A stretch of 54,785 nt of DNA, the filler included, from a bacterium (lineage in GTDB: Bacteria; JALSQH01): assembly GCA_026985515.1 (NCBI GenBank). It is 3 parts of 3 records of this genome, joined end to end, with 100 filler letters (N's around TTAATTAATTAA, not from the genome) between each part and the next. Parts side by side here need not be neighbours in the genome. Positions count along the whole stretch, not along the records: positions 38,204 to 54,785 come from JALSQH010000266.1; 2 more parts are not named here. The stretch is one strand, 5' to 3'. A model generated the notes under the pieces. It ran no database searches. It was not told the origin of the DNA and saw nothing but the letters and a program-made list of their open reading frames with translations. Position numbers and translations under genes: made by a program. Of this stretch, positions 52,305-54,785 are shown piece after piece; positions within the stretch are counted from its first letter, which is position 1; every line of letters starts with the position of its first letter.

Positions 52305-53425
52305 TGAATAGAAATCTGGAAGTGGAAAGGGAAAAAGCAGTAATAGTTTACGGTGTTCTGAAAAAGGATAAGAGCAATGTACGAGAATTTGTTTACGAGC
52401 TGAAGAGTCTTTCAGAAACTGCTGGTGCCAGAGTTCTTGAAGTTTTTGTTCAGAGAGTTGAGCGATTCAATCCATCACTGCTGGTAGGGAAAGGAAAATT
52501 AAATGAAGTGAAAGAGTTTGTTCATAAAAATGGTATTGATGTGGTGATATTCGGGAATGATCTGACCCCCCTTCAGCATGAAAACCTCGAAGATTTCCTG
52601 AAAACTAAGGTTGTTGACAGAACTGAGCTGATTCTTGACATATTTGCCCAGCATGCGAGAAGCAAAGAGGGTAAGATTCAGGTTGAACTTGCCCAGTTGA
52701 GATACAGGTTGAACCAGCTGGTTGGCAGAGGTAAAGAGTTATCAAGGCTGGGAGGTGGAATTGGAACAAGGGGTCCTGGTGAAACGAAACTTGAAGTTGA
52801 TAGAAGAAGGATTAAAAACAGGATAAGCAAACTCCAGCGTGAACTCGAGAAAGTTAGAAAAAGTAGAGCAGAACAGAGAAAAGGGAGGAAAAGGTCTGGA
52901 ATACCCCATTTTGCACTGGTCGGATACACCAATGTTGGCAAATCTTCTCTTCTGAATCTGCTTGCAAAGAGCAATGTTCTTGTGGAAGATAAACTCTTCG
53001 CCACTCTTGATCCAACTACCAGGAGAGTTTATATTGGGGATGGGATGGTTGTTCTGGTGAGTGATACTGTGGGTTTCATTGAAAATCTTCCTTCCGATCT
53101 TTTTGAGGCTTTCAAGGCCACTCTTGAGGAAATAGAAGAGGCGGATTATGTGATTCATGTAATTGACGCTTCAAATTTCGACATTGGAAGAGAGCTTGAG
53201 AGTGTAAACAGGATACTGAATCTCCTTGATGTGACCGATAAACCAGTCATTCATCTCTTCAACAAAATTGATCTGGTGGATGAGGAACTTTTAAGAAAGA
53301 AATTCGAAAAGAGGTTAGAAAACAGCGTTTTTGTCTCAGTAAAGGAAAAAAGGGGGATCGAAGAGCTTAAAGAGATGATGAGAAAAATGGTGGAGAGGAA
53401 GATAGATGAAATCAAGGTTGGTTAG
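52304..53425 (+). CDS. hflX: GTPase HflX
   Basis: GGGIGTRGPGETKLE.DRR, GYTNVGKS, LFATLD, DTVGF, NKID. Confidence 0.98.
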   Translation: MNRNLEVEREKAVIVYGVLKKDKSNVREFVYELKSLSETAGARVLEVFVQRVERFNPSLLVGKGKLNEVKEFVHKNGIDVVIFGNDLTPLQHENLEDFLKTKVVDRTELILDIFAQHARSKEGKIQVELAQLRYRLNQLVGRGKELSRLGGGIGTRGPGETKLEVDRRRIKNRISKLQRELEKVRKSRAEQRKGRKRSGIPHFALVGYTNVGKSSLLNLLAKSNVLVEDKLFATLDPTTRRVYIGDGMVVLVSDTVGFIENLPSDLFEAFKATLEEIEEADYVIHVIDASNFDIGRELESVNRILNLLDVTDKPVIHLFNKIDLVDEELLRKKFEKRLENSVFVSVKEKRGIEELKEMMRKMVERKIDEIKVG

Positions 53426-54434
53426 CATTGTAATTTTTATTTTACTGCTTTTTAAATTCGCATCAGATACTTATGCCCAGCAGTGCGTTATGACAAAGGG
53501 CTCTGCCATATTCAGAGAGAATGTTGAGGAGGGAATTGAAAGGGCAAAAAAGATAGCTCTGGCCAGGGGAGTTATAAAGGTTCTTGGGAAGAAAATACCA
53601 CTGCAGTTTCTCAAAGCCAGATACGCTATTATAAAGAAGCATATTGTTAGTCGGGCGGAGGATTTTGCAACAGATGTTAAAGTCGTAAGAAAGATTATTC
53701 ATGGACACTCTGTTAAACTTCTTTTGTGTGTCAAATGGAATGAAAATTTATTAACCACCACTCTTGAATCACTCACGATCATTCCTGAGGGGATTCTTCC
53801 TCCTCCTCTGCAACTGAAAATTGTGGTGAAAGATTTTAGTTTCCCTGTAACAGAAAAAGCTCTTTATTCTTTTTTATCTGACTATATCAGATCTTATGGC
53901 TTCCCCATTACAACGGATAATTACCGCTATGCTTTTCTAATTAAAGTGAGCTCCCGCCCCATCAGGCCTTTTCCACTTATTGTCTCTCCCTCTGAGATCA
54001 GAATAAAACTTGTGGTTACCGGTAACAATAATTTCAGATTTAACTCTGGTGAGGTGGCACTGTATCCTTTTGCAACGTCTGATTTCATTATGGATGAAAT
54101 AAAAAGTGTTATAAGAGAAGGACTTGAGAAGGTAAGGCTCAACTGGTTCATGCATATAAAGAAATTGAACAGACTTGTAATAACTGTTCCTGTGAAATTC
54201 AAAAATAAATTTGTAAGAATAATGACTGATCTCATGAAAAATTCAAGTTATGCTTCCCTCGTTAGGGCAGGACAATTTTTCCCTGATGCTCTTACTCTTG
54301 TGGTCTATTATGGAAAAAGTGTTTCAAAAGATGAGGTAATTGAAGAGATATCTTCCGTTCTTGCCCGGGATCTTGGATTGACATTGAAGAAGACGGAGGG
54401 TGGAATAGAAGTTGAAGAATCTGCATCGAAGTAA
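53406..54434 (+). CDS. Secreted hypothetical protein, FlgT-N-like N-terminal domain
   Basis: Signal peptide ending TYA/QQ; KGSAI....GIERAKKIAL..GV pattern. The family call is tentative. Confidence 0.65.
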   Translation: MKSRLVSIVIFILLLFKFASDTYAQQCVMTKGSAIFRENVEEGIERAKKIALARGVIKVLGKKIPLQFLKARYAIIKKHIVSRAEDFATDVKVVRKIIHGHSVKLLLCVKWNENLLTTTLESLTIIPEGILPPPLQLKIVVKDFSFPVTEKALYSFLSDYIRSYGFPITTDNYRYAFLIKVSSRPIRPFPLIVSPSEIRIKLVVTGNNNFRFNSGEVALYPFATSDFIMDEIKSVIREGLEKVRLNWFMHIKKLNRLVITVPVKFKNKFVRIMTDLMKNSSYASLVRAGQFFPDALTLVVYYGKSVSKDEVIEEISSVLARDLGLTLKKTEGGIEVEESASK

Positions 54435-54785
54435 AATTTTTATCATTTTTTTTGCTCTGGCTGTTTTGACTGTAAATCTTTACCCTTCTGCCTATTCCGA
54501 TTATCAAAAGGCGGAGTTTCAGAAAAAGAAATTGCTAAAGAATACCAGATTGAGGCAGTATCGAAGCAACTGGATAAAAGTAATAGATATGTTTCTTTCC
54601 ATTCCCTCCAGATATCCTCATTCTCACTATATCTCCTGTGCGTATCTTGAAGCAGGAAAATTATACCTTCAACTTTTTAAATTTTCCCGTACGAAAAAAG
54701 ACAGGGAGAGTGCCAGATATCTTTTCAGAAAAGCTTACAGAAGTGGAATCAAAAATGATTGTACTGCCGAAGCTCTTTACAGGGC
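54412..54785 (+). CDS. Signal peptide plus TPR-like N-terminus, probably an N-acetylmuramoyl-L-alanine amidase; 3'-truncated (not in ORF track)
   Basis: TTG 54412 is open to the window end: MKNLHRSKIFIIFFALAVLTVNLYPSAYSDYQKA...RQYRSNWIKVIDMF...YP...AYLEAGKLY.QLFKFS..KDRESA. Resembles the N-terminus of deltaproteobacterial amidases; the catalytic domain is outside the window. Confidence 0.7.
   Translation, partial: MKNLHRSKIFIIFFALAVLTVNLYPSAYSDYQKAEFQKKKLLKNTRLRQYRSNWIKVIDMFLSIPSRYPHSHYISCAYLEAGKLYLQLFKFSRTKKDRESARYLFRKAYRSGIKNDCTAEALYR

Noticed and set aside
54446-54453. T8 tract in the amidase signal peptide as a phase-variation site
   Set aside because: The frame is intact, and T runs are common in Phe-rich signal peptides of AT-rich genomes.

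Overview
The window holds three bacterial draft contigs (1-15456, 15557-38103, 38204-54785) joined by two artificial 100-nt N44-TTAATTAATTAA-N44 linkers, so adjacency across those points is not biological. The organism is probably a thermophilic deltaproteobacterium sensu lato (Myxococcota/Desulfobacterota-like). This is inferred from the S2P-trpS-scpA-scpB-rluB order, a TPR-led amidase, a GC-TM-basic sorting tail and E/K-rich proteins. Contig 1 carries ligA, a hydrolase-lemA-htpX-ECF sigma/anti-sigma locus, the trpS/scpAB operon and a surface-protein island. The island has a Cys-rich protein that looks BPI/LBP (TULIP)-like with Ig domains and a MYXO-CTERM-like anchor, a PKD/LVIVD lipoprotein, two sigma54-like promoters sharing a TTGTA -12 box, and a candidate C-rich sigma54 sRNA. 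Contig 2 carries a DsbA-like lipoprotein, fadD, an ADP-forming acyl-CoA ligase, iorAB-paaK-ACT, a decaying TPP enzyme-BASS-SDR-FeADH operon, an atypical PhoD, two acyl-CoA dehydrogenases, an enoyl-CoA hydratase, an M23 peptidase and a frameshifted tRNA nucleotidyltransferase. Contig 3 carries a large Ig-repeat protein, a DAG kinase, an acyl-CoA dehydrogenase, a cNMP protein, ppx, guaB, guaA, dnaE, hflX and the start of an amidase. Several genes appear leaderless. No rRNA, tRNA, CRISPR or mobile element was seen. All calls come from motif reading only; no searches were run.
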